Assembly (NCBI GenBank): GCA_963700285.1
Contig: CAVOXA010000001.1
Span: forward strand, 1,152,001 to 1,216,000
Direction: 5' to 3'
DNA: 64,000 nt
Source: an uncultured Chloroflexia bacterium
GTDB taxonomy: Bacteria > Chloroflexota > Anaerolineae > JAAYZQ01
Both the position numbers and the translations under genes were made by a program. The notes beneath the pieces are model-generated. The model saw only the letters and a program-made list of their open reading frames with translations. It searched no databases and was not told the origin of the DNA. Below are positions 30,797 through 41,079 of this stretch, piece after piece; position 1 is the stretch's first letter; every line of letters begins with the position of its first letter.

Positions 30797-31472
30797 CCCC
30801 CAAGCTCCCTATTCTCCCGCCAGCCCCTGACCCACCACTTGGCGTGGGGCATGCCGCATGCCAGGGCCGCCTGGACCAGGACGGCGCTGTCGAAGGATGT
30901 GCGCCGAAACTCGATTCGCAGATCGCCAGCCGGGCAGCTCACCAGTGCATACTCGGCCCAGGACGGATTGCGAACCTTCCCGGTCGAGGGATCAGGTACG
31001 ATGGGTTGCCCAACGCAGCCAGGGTCGATCAGCGTTCGGCCCCCGAAGCGACGTAGCATTTGAGTGTGGGTGTGCCCGCCGGCCATCACTGTGGCCTGGC
31101 AGCCTGAAAGCAGAGAAGGTTCTCGCCCCCGCCGAGTGGAATCTCGACGAGTGGCCGGAACGAACCTATTTGATCCAGGTCAGAAGGCGAGAGCTGGCGC
31201 ACAGCCCAGAGTTCTACCTCGTAGAACCGGTGCGAGTCCTCGTCTCTTTGCTCAAAGGGCTGAGGGTCCAACGCCCAGGCATCGGTGTTGCCCATGACGA
31301 CTGGGCAGCCCAGTTCCCTCAAGATGGCGAGTACCTGCCGCGGCTGTGGGCCAAAGAGGGCCACGTCGCCCAGGCAGACTATCTCGTCAACGCCCTCCGC
31401 ATTAAGCTCGGCGAGGACCGCCTCCAGGGCCGGAAGATTGCCGTGGATGTCGGAAATCAGAGCGATTTTCAT
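30793..31472 (-). CDS. Metallophosphoesterase (YfcE-like; frameshift near 31100)
   Basis: SDIHGN, LGD and GNTD motifs; GHTH and DPGCVG in the second frame. Confidence 0.8.
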
Positions 31473-31553
31473 TTCTTTTCTTCGCTAGAGACAAGACCTG
31501 ACAGAGCCTATGCCCAGCATCCGCTCTGTCAGGTCTGACTGAGGCATGAAGGG

Positions 31554-32307
31554 TCAGACCCGCACCAGAGCGTGAAAAGTCGGCATGAAAGCCAGGCGCG
31601 CCCCTGATTCAATGGCGGCCCGGTCAGCCTCCTTAAGGCGGGCCAGTTCGTCCGACGGTATCATGCCTGCCAGCGACCGATCCCAGAGTGCCCACTCGGC
31701 GTCGAACTCGGCGCACAAGGTGACCAGGTCCCACAAGCCGTGGATGACGCCCACGTCGGCGTCCCGAACCCCGGGCAGGGCAAACAGCTCCCGGAGCTTG
31801 CGGCCCATGAACGGGTCAGCACCCTCGCTGCGCAAAGCCTCCGCCTGCCAGCGGCCAATGGGCAGTTCTGGATGGTCAATGCGACCGCCATAGTCGGGCT
31901 CGGCACAGACCAGTACGGTGCCGCCGGGCCGGGTCACGCGAACCATCTCCTGCGCCGCCCGAGCGGGGTCGCGGCACCACAGCAACAAGAAATGACAGGC
32001 CGTCACGTCGAACCAGGCATCTGGAAAGGGCAGATCGTGGGCATCGCCGGAACGGTACTCTGCTGCACCGCCTCGGGCCTGGGCGAAATCTATCATCTCT
32101 GGATCCAGGTCCACGCCGATTACCTGCCCCTGGCTCCGGGCGGCCAGTTCCTCGGTCACAACACCTGTGCCGCTGCCCACGTCCAGCACGCGGTTTCGCC
32201 CGCAGCAGGTTCGCCCGCCGGTAGAGGTGGGATCGTGTGGCCCGAGTCCAGCCCGCCTGCCGCGCAAACTGTGCGTCCCACTCCTCCAACGTCATGAGCG
32301 TGGCCAT
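31554..32307 (-). CDS. Class I SAM-dependent methyltransferase (frameshift near 32200)
   Basis: VLDVGSGTG, GDAHDLPF and RVTRPGG; N-terminus QFARQAGWTRATRSHLY in another frame. Confidence 0.8.
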
Positions 32308-32317
32308 GGGTCGTGCG

Positions 32318-34471
32318 TCAGCTCTCTGCCAGGGCAATTAGCAGTACCACCGAACGTGGTTGTACTCGGTACACAGATGCCTCGACCAGGGGAGCAGTAT
32401 CCAGGCCACTGATGTCATGCGGTGGGTCGAGGTAGGTATCTATCACCCGCTGCCAGCCCAGAGGCGCCCCATCGGGCGCAGGCGGCAGCTCGAAGTCGAG
32501 GACCTGCCAGTAGGCGTTCATGATCAGGTGGAATAGGCCTCGTCTGCCTTGCACGGCAAAGGCCAGGCTGTGGGAGTTCCATCGCCAGTCGGGCTTGTGT
32601 AGCTCCACGCCATGCCATTGCAGCTTGGACTGGAGTAGGAGCTGGATGAGGCTCATCCCCCGCTCTTCCTTGTAGATGCTGAGACCGCGGCGGAAACGAA
32701 TCAAGTGCTTGACAAAGCGGTGAATGTCGTTGTGTTCCTCCAGGAGCGTCCAATCAAACCAGCCGATCTCATTGTCCTGGCAATAGGCGTTGTTGTTCCC
32801 AAGCTGGGTGCGGCGCACTTCGTCGCCCATGAGCAGCATCGGCACCCCCAGCGCCAGGAGCGTGAGGCTGAGGAAATTCTTGATCTGCCGGTTGCGTAGT
32901 TGCTCAATAGCAGGGTCCTTTGTCGGCCCTTCCACGCCACAATTCCAGCTCTGATTGTCGTTGTGCCCGTCGTGATTCCCCTCCCGGTTCGCTTCGTTGT
33001 GCTTCTGGTTATAGGATACGACGTCGTTGAGGGTAAACCCGTCATGGGAGGTCACGAAATTGATGCTCTGCTCCGGCTCCCGTTCCTCGTGGCCGTAGAG
33101 GTCAGGGCTGGCCAGGAAACGGGATGCCAGCTTGCTCACCATGCCCGGATCCCCCTTCACAAAGCTGCGGATGTCGTCGCGAAACCTTCCGTTCCACTCT
33201 TTCCAGCGGTCTCCGATGAACGTGCCCACCTGGTAGAGACCGGCTGCATCCCACGCCTCGGCGATCAGTTTCGTACCGGCCAGGATCGGGTCCGTTTCGA
33301 TCTCCCACAGGATAGGCGGATTCACCAAGGGCTGGCCGGTGTCATCCCTTGCCAGGATAGAGGCCAGGTCGAAGCGGAAGCCATCCACGTGCATCTCCTC
33401 CACCCAATAGTGCAGGCTGTCGAGAATCAGACGGCGGACCACTGACAAGTTGCCGTTCAGGGTGTTGCCCGTGCCGCTATAGTTGGCATAGTGGGATAGG
33501 TCCTGGGAAGCCCTTCTGGGCAGAAGGGAGGATATGCTCAGATCCCCGTTCTGGACAGTGCCAGAGGCCCCATCCTGGGTACCGTCCAATGCTGAGGCTT
33601 CTTCCAGGATGTAGTAGGTTCGGTTCTCCAGGCCGCGGAAGCAGAAGGTCGGACCTGACTCGTCGCTCTCTGCGGTGTGATTATACACGACGTCCAGGAT
33701 CACTTCGATGCCTGCCTGATGCAGTGCCTTGACCATATCCCGGAACTCGTCCAAAGGGCCTAAGGGATCCCGCCGGGAGCTGTAGCCGCAGTGGGGCGCA
33801 AAGAAAGAAACCGGATTGTAGCCCCAGTAGTTGGTCAGGCCCGGCGGCGCTTCTTGCGCGTCGTGCTGGAATATGGGGAGCAGTTCCACAGCGGTGATGC
33901 CTAGATCCTGAAGGTAAGGGATCTTTTCAATCAGCCCAGCATAGGTGCCCCGCAGAAATGGGTCCAGCCCGGAGCTGGGATGGCGCGTGAAGCCGGCCAC
34001 GTGCATCTCATAGATCACGGTCTGGGTAAAGGGCCGTTTGAGCGGCACGTCACCCTCCCAGTCGTAGCTGCCCGCACCCGAGACGACGCTTCTCATGGCC
34101 ACGGCGGCATTGTCCCCTGGCCGCGCCGCGGCTTGTCGGTCATAGGTACTGGGGATGGCCACGGCCCGGCCATAGGGATCCAGAAGGACCTTGCTGGCGT
34201 CAAAGCGATGGCCCTTTGGGGGCTCAAAGGGACCGTGCGCTCGTAGGCCGTATACCTGGCCTGCCTCGAGCCCGCGAACAAAGACGTGCCAGTAGTGGAA
34301 GGTCCTGTGAACCCTTGGGTCAAGGGCGATCACGCGAGAGGGCAGAGGATCGTCGACGCCATCGAAGAGCAGCAGCTCCAATCCCGTACTGTTCTTGGAA
34401 TAGACGACAAAGTTGACGCCTTCAGGGTAGACTGTGGCGCCAAGGGGAAAGCTCTTACCTGGGCTGATCAT
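32318..34471 (-). CDS. glgX: Glycogen debranching enzyme / isoamylase (GH13)
   Basis: PLGAT, NYWGYNP, DVVYNHT, DGFRFDLA, AEAWD, SHDGFTL and NNNAYCQDN motifs. Confidence 0.95.
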   Translation of the reverse strand: MISPGKSFPLGATVYPEGVNFVVYSKNSTGLELLLFDGVDDPLPSRVIALDPRVHRTFHYWHVFVRGLEAGQVYGLRAHGPFEPPKGHRFDASKVLLDPYGRAVAIPSTYDRQAAARPGDNAAVAMRSVVSGAGSYDWEGDVPLKRPFTQTVIYEMHVAGFTRHPSSGLDPFLRGTYAGLIEKIPYLQDLGITAVELLPIFQHDAQEAPPGLTNYWGYNPVSFFAPHCGYSSRRDPLGPLDEFRDMVKALHQAGIEVILDVVYNHTAESDESGPTFCFRGLENRTYYILEEASALDGTQDGASGTVQNGDLSISSLLPRRASQDLSHYANYSGTGNTLNGNLSVVRRLILDSLHYWVEEMHVDGFRFDLASILARDDTGQPLVNPPILWEIETDPILAGTKLIAEAWDAAGLYQVGTFIGDRWKEWNGRFRDDIRSFVKGDPGMVSKLASRFLASPDLYGHEEREPEQSINFVTSHDGFTLNDVVSYNQKHNEANREGNHDGHNDNQSWNCGVEGPTKDPAIEQLRNRQIKNFLSLTLLALGVPMLLMGDEVRRTQLGNNNAYCQDNEIGWFDWTLLEEHNDIHRFVKHLIRFRRGLSIYKEERGMSLIQLLLQSKLQWHGVELHKPDWRWNSHSLAFAVQGRRGLFHLIMNAYWQVLDFELPPAPDGAPLGWQRVIDTYLDPPHDISGLDTAPLVEASVYRVQPRSVVLLIALAES

Positions 34472-34618
34472 GGGACTCCTAGCTGTGCTTCATGAGGCTC
34501 GACTTGTACTCGACGATAACCAGTCATTTCAAGAACAATAAACGGCGTCTTGCGGATAGCGAGCGCTTCTGCGCTCATGATCCTGAAGGCAACCTGGTTC
34601 CGATTCTGATATGACACG

Positions 34619-34647
34619 ATTATACCACACGCGATGCAAGGAGACAA
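34619..34647 (-). promoter_or_regulatory. Sigma-70 promoter for glgX
   Basis: Minus strand TTGTCT-17 bp-TATAAT with TG extension. Confidence 0.6.
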
Positions 34648-34675
34648 CAACCCAGCGGAGCGCAAGAAGCGTCGA

Positions 34676-36139
34676 TCACGGCAGGTGGCGCGCTTGACCC
34701 GGCGCAGGTACGACTTTGATCAATCTGACATCATTCAGCTCGGCTTTGAGGGAGTGCGGAACGTCCCAAGTTTCGAGCACCGGGTATCCTGTCATGCCCA
34801 GGAGCTGGAGTAAGGCAGAGACATGTTCCTCCCAACCTGCAAGACCCTTGGGCTGGTACACGGGATACACACCGTGGGAGAACTGCAGGGTCTGGCAGGT
34901 GGCTTCATCGGGGCAGACGGCCACGATCCAGACCGGAAGCCGCAACCGGCTGAGGTTCCGGGCGGTGGCCCCATCATGGGTGGAAATGAGGATCGCGGCA
35001 GGTTTTCGTTGCTCTACCATGGCCCGCAGCTCCAGCAGCATGCGGTCCTCAGCTCCAGTCTCCTGGCCCTTGCTGCCTGCGTCCAGTCCTATGGTCCCCC
35101 GATCCTGCCTGTCGCAGGCTTCAACAGCCCGGGCTATGCGGGCCATCATGGCCACTGCTTCCGCCGGATGGTTGCCCAGTGCCGTTTCGGCGGAAAGCGT
35201 CAGGCAGTCGGTCCCGTCGAGGATGGCGTTGGTCACGTCGGCGACCTCGGCGCGGGTGGGCAGCCTCTGGTGGGTCATCGATTCCAGCATGTGGGTGGCG
35301 GTGATTGTGGGTGTGCCAGCCTGATGCGCCAAGCGTAGGATCTCTTTCTGAAGCAGGACAACCTCCTCGATAGGAGTCTCGATGCCCAGGTCCCCCCTGG
35401 CGACGACGATGGCGTCGGCGCCAGCCAGGATGGCCTCCAGGTTCTGGACAGCCTGCGCGCGCTCGATCTTGGCCAGGAGGAACGGAAAGTAGTCCAACTC
35501 TGCCGCAGTCTGGCGGACGGCATCAAGGTCGGCTGCATTCTGTATGAAAGAGGGGCTGACTGCGTCTAGACCCAACGCGGCGGCAAAGGTCAGGCGTATC
35601 CTGTCCCGGCTGGTGAAGGCGCTCAAGCCCAGGTCAATGCCGGGCACGTTCACGCCGTCGTGGGTGCCGAGCTTCCCACCATCCAATACCCGGCAGCGAA
35701 TCTCCTCACCCTCCACCCTCTCTACCTCGAGCTGGATCAGACCATCGTTGAGATGTACCCTGTCGCCGGGTCTCACAGACTGAGACAGCCCGGAAAAGCT
35801 CACTGCGGCCTGAGCCGCGTTGCCAACGAATTCGCCAGCCTTGAGGACAAAGCACTGGCCCGGCTGGAGCCACACAGCGCCGCTGTCTACGCGGCCGATG
35901 CGCATCTTGGGACCCGGCAGATCGCCCCAGATGGCCACCCGCTCCCCCATGGCGGCTGCAGCCGCACGGACGCGATGGATTGTCTGGGCATGCCTGTCGA
36001 GGTCGCCGTGACTGAGGTTGACGCGGGCAATGTCCATGCCGTTGCATATCATGCGCTCGAGCACGGGCTGGGACTGGGAGGCGGGGCCGATGGTGCAGAC
36101 AATCTTGGTTTTCGAGGACGGCAATTTGGACTTGGCCAT
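34676..36139 (-). CDS. pyk: Pyruvate kinase (divergent copy)
   Basis: KTKIVCTIGPAS, DLPGPKMRIG, ARGDLG and PTRAEVADV motifs. Confidence 0.9.
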   Translation of the reverse strand: MAKSKLPSSKTKIVCTIGPASQSQPVLERMICNGMDIARVNLSHGDLDRHAQTIHRVRAAAAAMGERVAIWGDLPGPKMRIGRVDSGAVWLQPGQCFVLKAGEFVGNAAQAAVSFSGLSQSVRPGDRVHLNDGLIQLEVERVEGEEIRCRVLDGGKLGTHDGVNVPGIDLGLSAFTSRDRIRLTFAAALGLDAVSPSFIQNAADLDAVRQTAAELDYFPFLLAKIERAQAVQNLEAILAGADAIVVARGDLGIETPIEEVVLLQKEILRLAHQAGTPTITATHMLESMTHQRLPTRAEVADVTNAILDGTDCLTLSAETALGNHPAEAVAMMARIARAVEACDRQDRGTIGLDAGSKGQETGAEDRMLLELRAMVEQRKPAAILISTHDGATARNLSRLRLPVWIVAVCPDEATCQTLQFSHGVYPVYQPKGLAGWEEHVSALLQLLGMTGYPVLETWDVPHSLKAELNDVRLIKVVPAPGQARHLP

Positions 36140-36193
36140 GGTTCCTGAATAGACCTGGACCAGGATAGCGAATCAAGTAGACCAATGTGGATG

Positions 36194-38290
36194 TTAGGTA
36201 TTCTGGGCCTGTACAGCCGTTATGGCCACAGTGTTGATGACATCTTCCACGGTGCAGCCCCGGCTTAGATCGTTGACCGGTTTCTTAACGCCCTGGAGTA
36301 CAGGCCCGATGGCGATGGCGCCCGTCTCGCGCTGCACGGCCTTGTAGGTGTTGTTGCCGGTATTCAGGTCGGGGAAGATGAACACGGTGGCCCGGCCCGC
36401 AACCTCGGAATTGGGCATTTTTTTGGCGGCCACGCCCATGTCCACGGCGGCATCGTACTGCATGGGGCCGTCCAGCTCCAGGTCAGGCCTTCTCGCCCGG
36501 GCAAGTTGGGTCGCTTCTCGCACTCTCTCGACATCCGCTCCCATGCCGGACTCGCCGGAAGAGTAGGACAGCATGGCTACCCTGGGTTCTATGCCAAAGG
36601 CCCGGGCCGTGTCGGCGGAGGAAATGGCAATCTCGGCCAGTTGTTCGGCGGTAGGGTTGGTGTTCACGGCACAATCGCCGTAGACCAGGACCTGGTCGTC
36701 AAGGCACATAAAGAACACAGAGGACGCCACGGAGAAGCCAGGTTTTGTCTTGATGAACTGCAATGCTGGCCGGATGGTGTGCTGCGTCGTGTGGGCGGCG
36801 CCCGAGACCATGCCATCGGCCACACCCTTGTAGACCATCATGGTGCCATAATAGGAGACGTCACGCATCAGGTCAAAGGCCGTTTCCCGGCTCATTCCCT
36901 TGTGCTTCCGCAACCCCAGGAGGGTCTCGGCGTATTCTTGGTATTCGGTCGACATGTAGGGGCGAATGACCGGGACGCGGTAAAGGTCGATCTCCAGCCC
37001 CAATTGCAGGATCAAGCCGTGGACTTCTTCGGGGTTGCCGAGCAGGGTCAGGTCCACGATGTCACGGCCGAGTAGGAACTCGGCGGCCCTGAGTATACGC
37101 TCGTCGTTGCCTTCGGGCAAGACTATGTGCTGCTTGTCGGCCTTGGCCTGCTGAACGAGGTTGTAGGTGAACATTCTGGGCGTCATGCCGCGGGGCTGGA
37201 TGCTGCTGATCTGAGCCTCGAGGGCCGCCGTATCGACAAACTCCTCAAACAACTCCAGGCTGAGTTCGATCTTGGCCTGGTTGTCGGCCGTGATGTAGGA
37301 GTGGAGGTTGCTGACCCTGGCCGCTGTGTCATAGGTATCGGTCTGTACAGCCAGGATCGGAACCATGTCTGGCAGACCATCCAGAAGGCGGGCGACTGCC
37401 GGTGGAGGCTCCAGGCCGCCACTCAATAGTATGCCGGCAAGCTGGGGATAGTATTGAGATTGATGGGCTTGCAGCGCGCTGAGGATTACGTCGCTGCGGT
37501 CACCCGAGGTGATGAGCAGCGCGTTCTCGGTCAGGCGGGGCAGGTAGTTGTGGAGATGCATGGCAATGACGAGGGGCCGGTGGGCAAGCCTTTCGAGATA
37601 GTCCGCCCCATAAAGGATCTTGGCATCCAACTGCTCGGCGACCTCTTTGAGGGTGGGGCTGCTTAGCGTGGTATGGGCGGGGATCACTGACAGCATGGCG
37701 CTGTCCCGGGGCAGTTCCTCTTTGAGCGCGGCGCGCAGCGTATGCGCTGTCTCCAGCACGGCGCGGTTGACGATCATGCCCAACACCTCTGCGCCTCGTT
37801 CCTGGAATGCATCCAGAGAAGCCCGGCAGGCATTGACAACGGCCGCTACGTCGCGTTTGGCCCCACTGGCGACGAGCAGGACCGGGCAGCCAAGGTTCTT
37901 GGCCACATCGGCGTTAAAGTCGAACTCCAGAGCGGCTGTCTTTCCTTCCAGGTCTGAGCCGATGCACAGGATAAAGTCGCAGCAGCCATCCAGGGCCTTG
38001 TACCTTTCGATGACCCTGTCCAGGACCTGGTCGTAGTGGCCCTGGCCGATGAGGTCTACTGCCTCCTGCATCAGCAGCCCAAAGGTGTCTTCATAGGCGG
38101 AACCGAGGTTAAAGTGGGTGAGAAGGAGATCGATGTTCTTGTCCCGCTCTTCGACTGAACGGGACCCAATGATCGGTCGGAAGATGCCGACCCGGCTGGT
38201 TCGACGCAGGAGAAGATCTACGATGCCCAGTGAAACGAGCGACTTGCCCGAGTAGGGGTCTGTTGTCGCAATATAGAGAGAATTGGTCAT
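36194..38290 (-). CDS. pta: Phosphate acetyltransferase, long class II form (BioD-like + DRTGG + catalytic)
   Basis: SGKS, GDRSD, VLPEG, FPDLNTGNNTYK and NDLSRG motifs. Confidence 0.95.
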   Translation of the reverse strand: MTNSLYIATTDPYSGKSLVSLGIVDLLLRRTSRVGIFRPIIGSRSVEERDKNIDLLLTHFNLGSAYEDTFGLLMQEAVDLIGQGHYDQVLDRVIERYKALDGCCDFILCIGSDLEGKTAALEFDFNADVAKNLGCPVLLVASGAKRDVAAVVNACRASLDAFQERGAEVLGMIVNRAVLETAHTLRAALKEELPRDSAMLSVIPAHTTLSSPTLKEVAEQLDAKILYGADYLERLAHRPLVIAMHLHNYLPRLTENALLITSGDRSDVILSALQAHQSQYYPQLAGILLSGGLEPPPAVARLLDGLPDMVPILAVQTDTYDTAARVSNLHSYITADNQAKIELSLELFEEFVDTAALEAQISSIQPRGMTPRMFTYNLVQQAKADKQHIVLPEGNDERILRAAEFLLGRDIVDLTLLGNPEEVHGLILQLGLEIDLYRVPVIRPYMSTEYQEYAETLLGLRKHKGMSRETAFDLMRDVSYYGTMMVYKGVADGMVSGAAHTTQHTIRPALQFIKTKPGFSVASSVFFMCLDDQVLVYGDCAVNTNPTAEQLAEIAISSADTARAFGIEPRVAMLSYSSGESGMGADVERVREATQLARARRPDLELDGPMQYDAAVDMGVAAKKMPNSEVAGRATVFIFPDLNTGNNTYKAVQRETGAIAIGPVLQGVKKPVNDLSRGCTVEDVINTVAITAVQAQNT

Positions 38291-38300
38291 GGTTCTGTCC

Positions 38301-41067
38301 TCAAGGGCTCTGGTGCTGTGGCTGAGCCGCTGCGCGCCCCGTCCTCAACCGCCTGACGGCCTTGGAAACCTCGACGGCGACAAAGACGCCGAGGCTGGCC
38401 AGCGCACAGACGAGGAACTCCTGGGCGCCCAGGGGCTGTGTCTTGAAGATGCGCTGGAAGGCCGGTACGTAGATCAGGACCAGCTGCAGCGCAAAGGTAC
38501 TCACGACGGCGAACACCATCAGCCGGTTGGAGAAGGGGCCGATGCGAAACAACGAATCGATGCTGGAGCGTATGGCCAGGGCGTTGCCCATCTGACTCAG
38601 AACCATGGTGGTGAAGACCATCGTGCGCCAGGGACCCTCTGGATCGCTCCTCCAGTACTGGTAACCCACCAGGAGCGAGACAGCTCCCATCAGGAGGCCG
38701 ATCCAGATGATCTGTGTCCCCAGCCCGCGGCTAAAGACACTCTCCTTCGGGTGGAAGGGGGGACGTCTCATGATGCCCCGTTCCCCTTTCTCATCGGCCA
38801 GGGCAATGCCAGGCAGGCCATCGGTGACCAGGTTGATCCACAGGATCTGGAGAGGCAGGAGGGGTAAGGGCATGCCCAAGAAGGGACCGATGAGCATCAC
38901 GAACAGCTCCCCGGTATTGCTGGACAGGGTGTACTTGATGAACTTGCGGATGTTGTCAAAGATGACGCGGCCTTGCTCCACGGCGGCGACTATGGTCGCA
39001 AAATTATCGTCCAACAGGACCATGTCGGACGCCTCTTTGGACACGTCGGTGCCGGTGATGCCCATGGCCACGCCGATGTCGGCCTTTTTGAGGGCTGGCG
39101 CGTCGTTGACGCCATCGCCCGTCATCGCTACGATCTCCCCCTGATACTGAAGGGCCTCCACGATGCGCAGTTTGTGTTCTGGCGCAACCCGGGCGTAAAC
39201 AGCGACTTGTTCAACTACTTGTTCGAGATCGCTGCTTGACATCCGCTGCAGATCCTGTCCGGTCAGGCAGTGATCAAGGCAGCGATCCTCTTGGGCAATA
39301 TCCAGGTCCTTGGCAATCTGAAAGGCGGTGAGAGGGTGATCGCCGGTGATCATCACGGGTCGGATGCCTGCTTCGCGGGCCGTGGCAACTGCCTCCTTGA
39401 CTTCGGCGCGAGGCGGATCCATCATGGAGACCAGGCCAACAAAGACTCCGTCCGCTTCTAGCTGAGCCTCGTCGTCCGGCAGGCTATCGCTATCCCAGAT
39501 GCGGAAAGAGACTCCTAGAACCCGTTGGCCTTGCTGGGCAAGCTCCGCGTTGGCCGTCCAAGATCCGTCTCTCGAACTCTTGGTCCAGGGGGACAATATC
39601 CTTGTCGATGAGCACCTTGCTGGTGGTCTCCAGCAGGCCGTCGACCGCGCCCTTGGTGAGGAACACGTGGGACGCATTGCGCCAGGGCACATCGTACTCG
39701 CGGACGGCCGGTGTCATCCTGTGTACGGTGGTCATACGCTTCCGTTCGGAAGTAAAGGGTACTTCGCGAACGCGCGGGAACTCGGCTTCCAGCGCGCTTT
39801 TTTCAAAGCCAAGCTCTCGAGCGGCCAGGACCAGCGCGGCTTCGGTGGGGTCGCCGATGGCGTGCACTATCCCATCGTCGTCCACATCGAGCACGGCGTC
39901 GTTGCAGAGGGCGCCGGCCCGGACCAGCACGCTCAGCGCTGCCAGGTCGGGCGCGGTCTGGGGGTCAGCCAGCCGGGCCTCCAACAGGTCGTTTTCCTGG
40001 CGATGGACCATGGTCTCCAGCCTTTCGGTATTGCCGGCCACATCCAGGATGGTGACGGTCATGCGGTTCTCGGTGAGTGTTCCGGTCTTGTCGGAACAGA
40101 TCACGGTCACCGAGCCGAGGGTCTCCACGGCAGGGAGCTTGCGGATGAGGGCATTCCGTTTCAGGAGCCTCTGCCCGCCGAGGGCCAGGGTGATCGTGAC
40201 GACGGCGGCCAGGCTCTCGGGGATGACGGCGACGGCCAGGCTTACGCCCGTCAGGAAGATGGTCTCCAGATCGTCGCCACGGAGCCAGCCGGTGATGACC
40301 ACCACGGCGATGATGAGCAAGGCTGCAAGGGCTAGCGTGCGGCCCAGCCTGTCCAAGCGCTTCTGGAGGGGCGTTTTGTCCGGTTCTACACCCTGGAGCA
40401 TGCCGGCGATCTTGCCCAGCTGAGTGGCCATGCCGGTCTCGACGACGACCATCTCGCCCCGGCCGTAAGTCACAATGGTGCCCATGAAGAGCATATCCCG
40501 CTGATCTCCAAGGGCCAGATCTTCCCCCTCGGGAATTGATACCTGTTTCTCCACGGGCTCTGATTCGCCGGTGAGGGCTGCCTCCTCGGCCTTGAGGCTG
40601 GCGCTCTCCAGCATGCGTCCGTCAGCCGGGACGATGTTGCCTGCTTCGAGCAGCACGATGTCGCCGGGTACCAGCTCTGTTGACGGGATCTCCAGTATAT
40701 GGCCCCCGCGCCGTACCCGTACCGTAGGGACGGCCATTTTCTTGAGCGCCGCCATGGCTTTTTCGGCCCGGTACTCCTGGGTGAATCCGAGAATAGCGTT
40801 CAAGACTACGATGGCCAGGATCACACCCACTTCCAGCCATTCGCCCAGGGCAGCCGAGACAAGGGCTGCGACGATGAGAATGATGACCATGATCTCTTTG
40901 AACTGGTCGAGAAATATGCGCCAGGGTTCCTTGGCCGCTTTCTCGACCAGTTCATTGGTTCCGTACTGATCAAGGCGCTGCCGAGCTTCTTCTCCAGAGA
41001 GTCCTTCCAGGGAACTTGTTCCCAGTTTCTGAAGTACTTCTTGGGCCGCGAGTTTGTACCAGATCAT
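38301..41067 (-). CDS. Cation-translocating P-type ATPase, type II (Ca2+/Na+/K+-like; +1 frameshift near 39555)
   Basis: TGES, PES, DKTGTLT, KGA, TGD, GDGVNDAPALK and WINLVTD motifs across ORFs 39490-41067 and 38301-39692. Confidence 0.9.
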
Positions 41068-41079
41068 AGTCCGTGTCTC

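Noticed and set aside
39540-39570. Programmed frameshifting in the ATPase or other split genes
   Set aside because: No slippery heptamer is evident and these families are not known to recode; error is more likely
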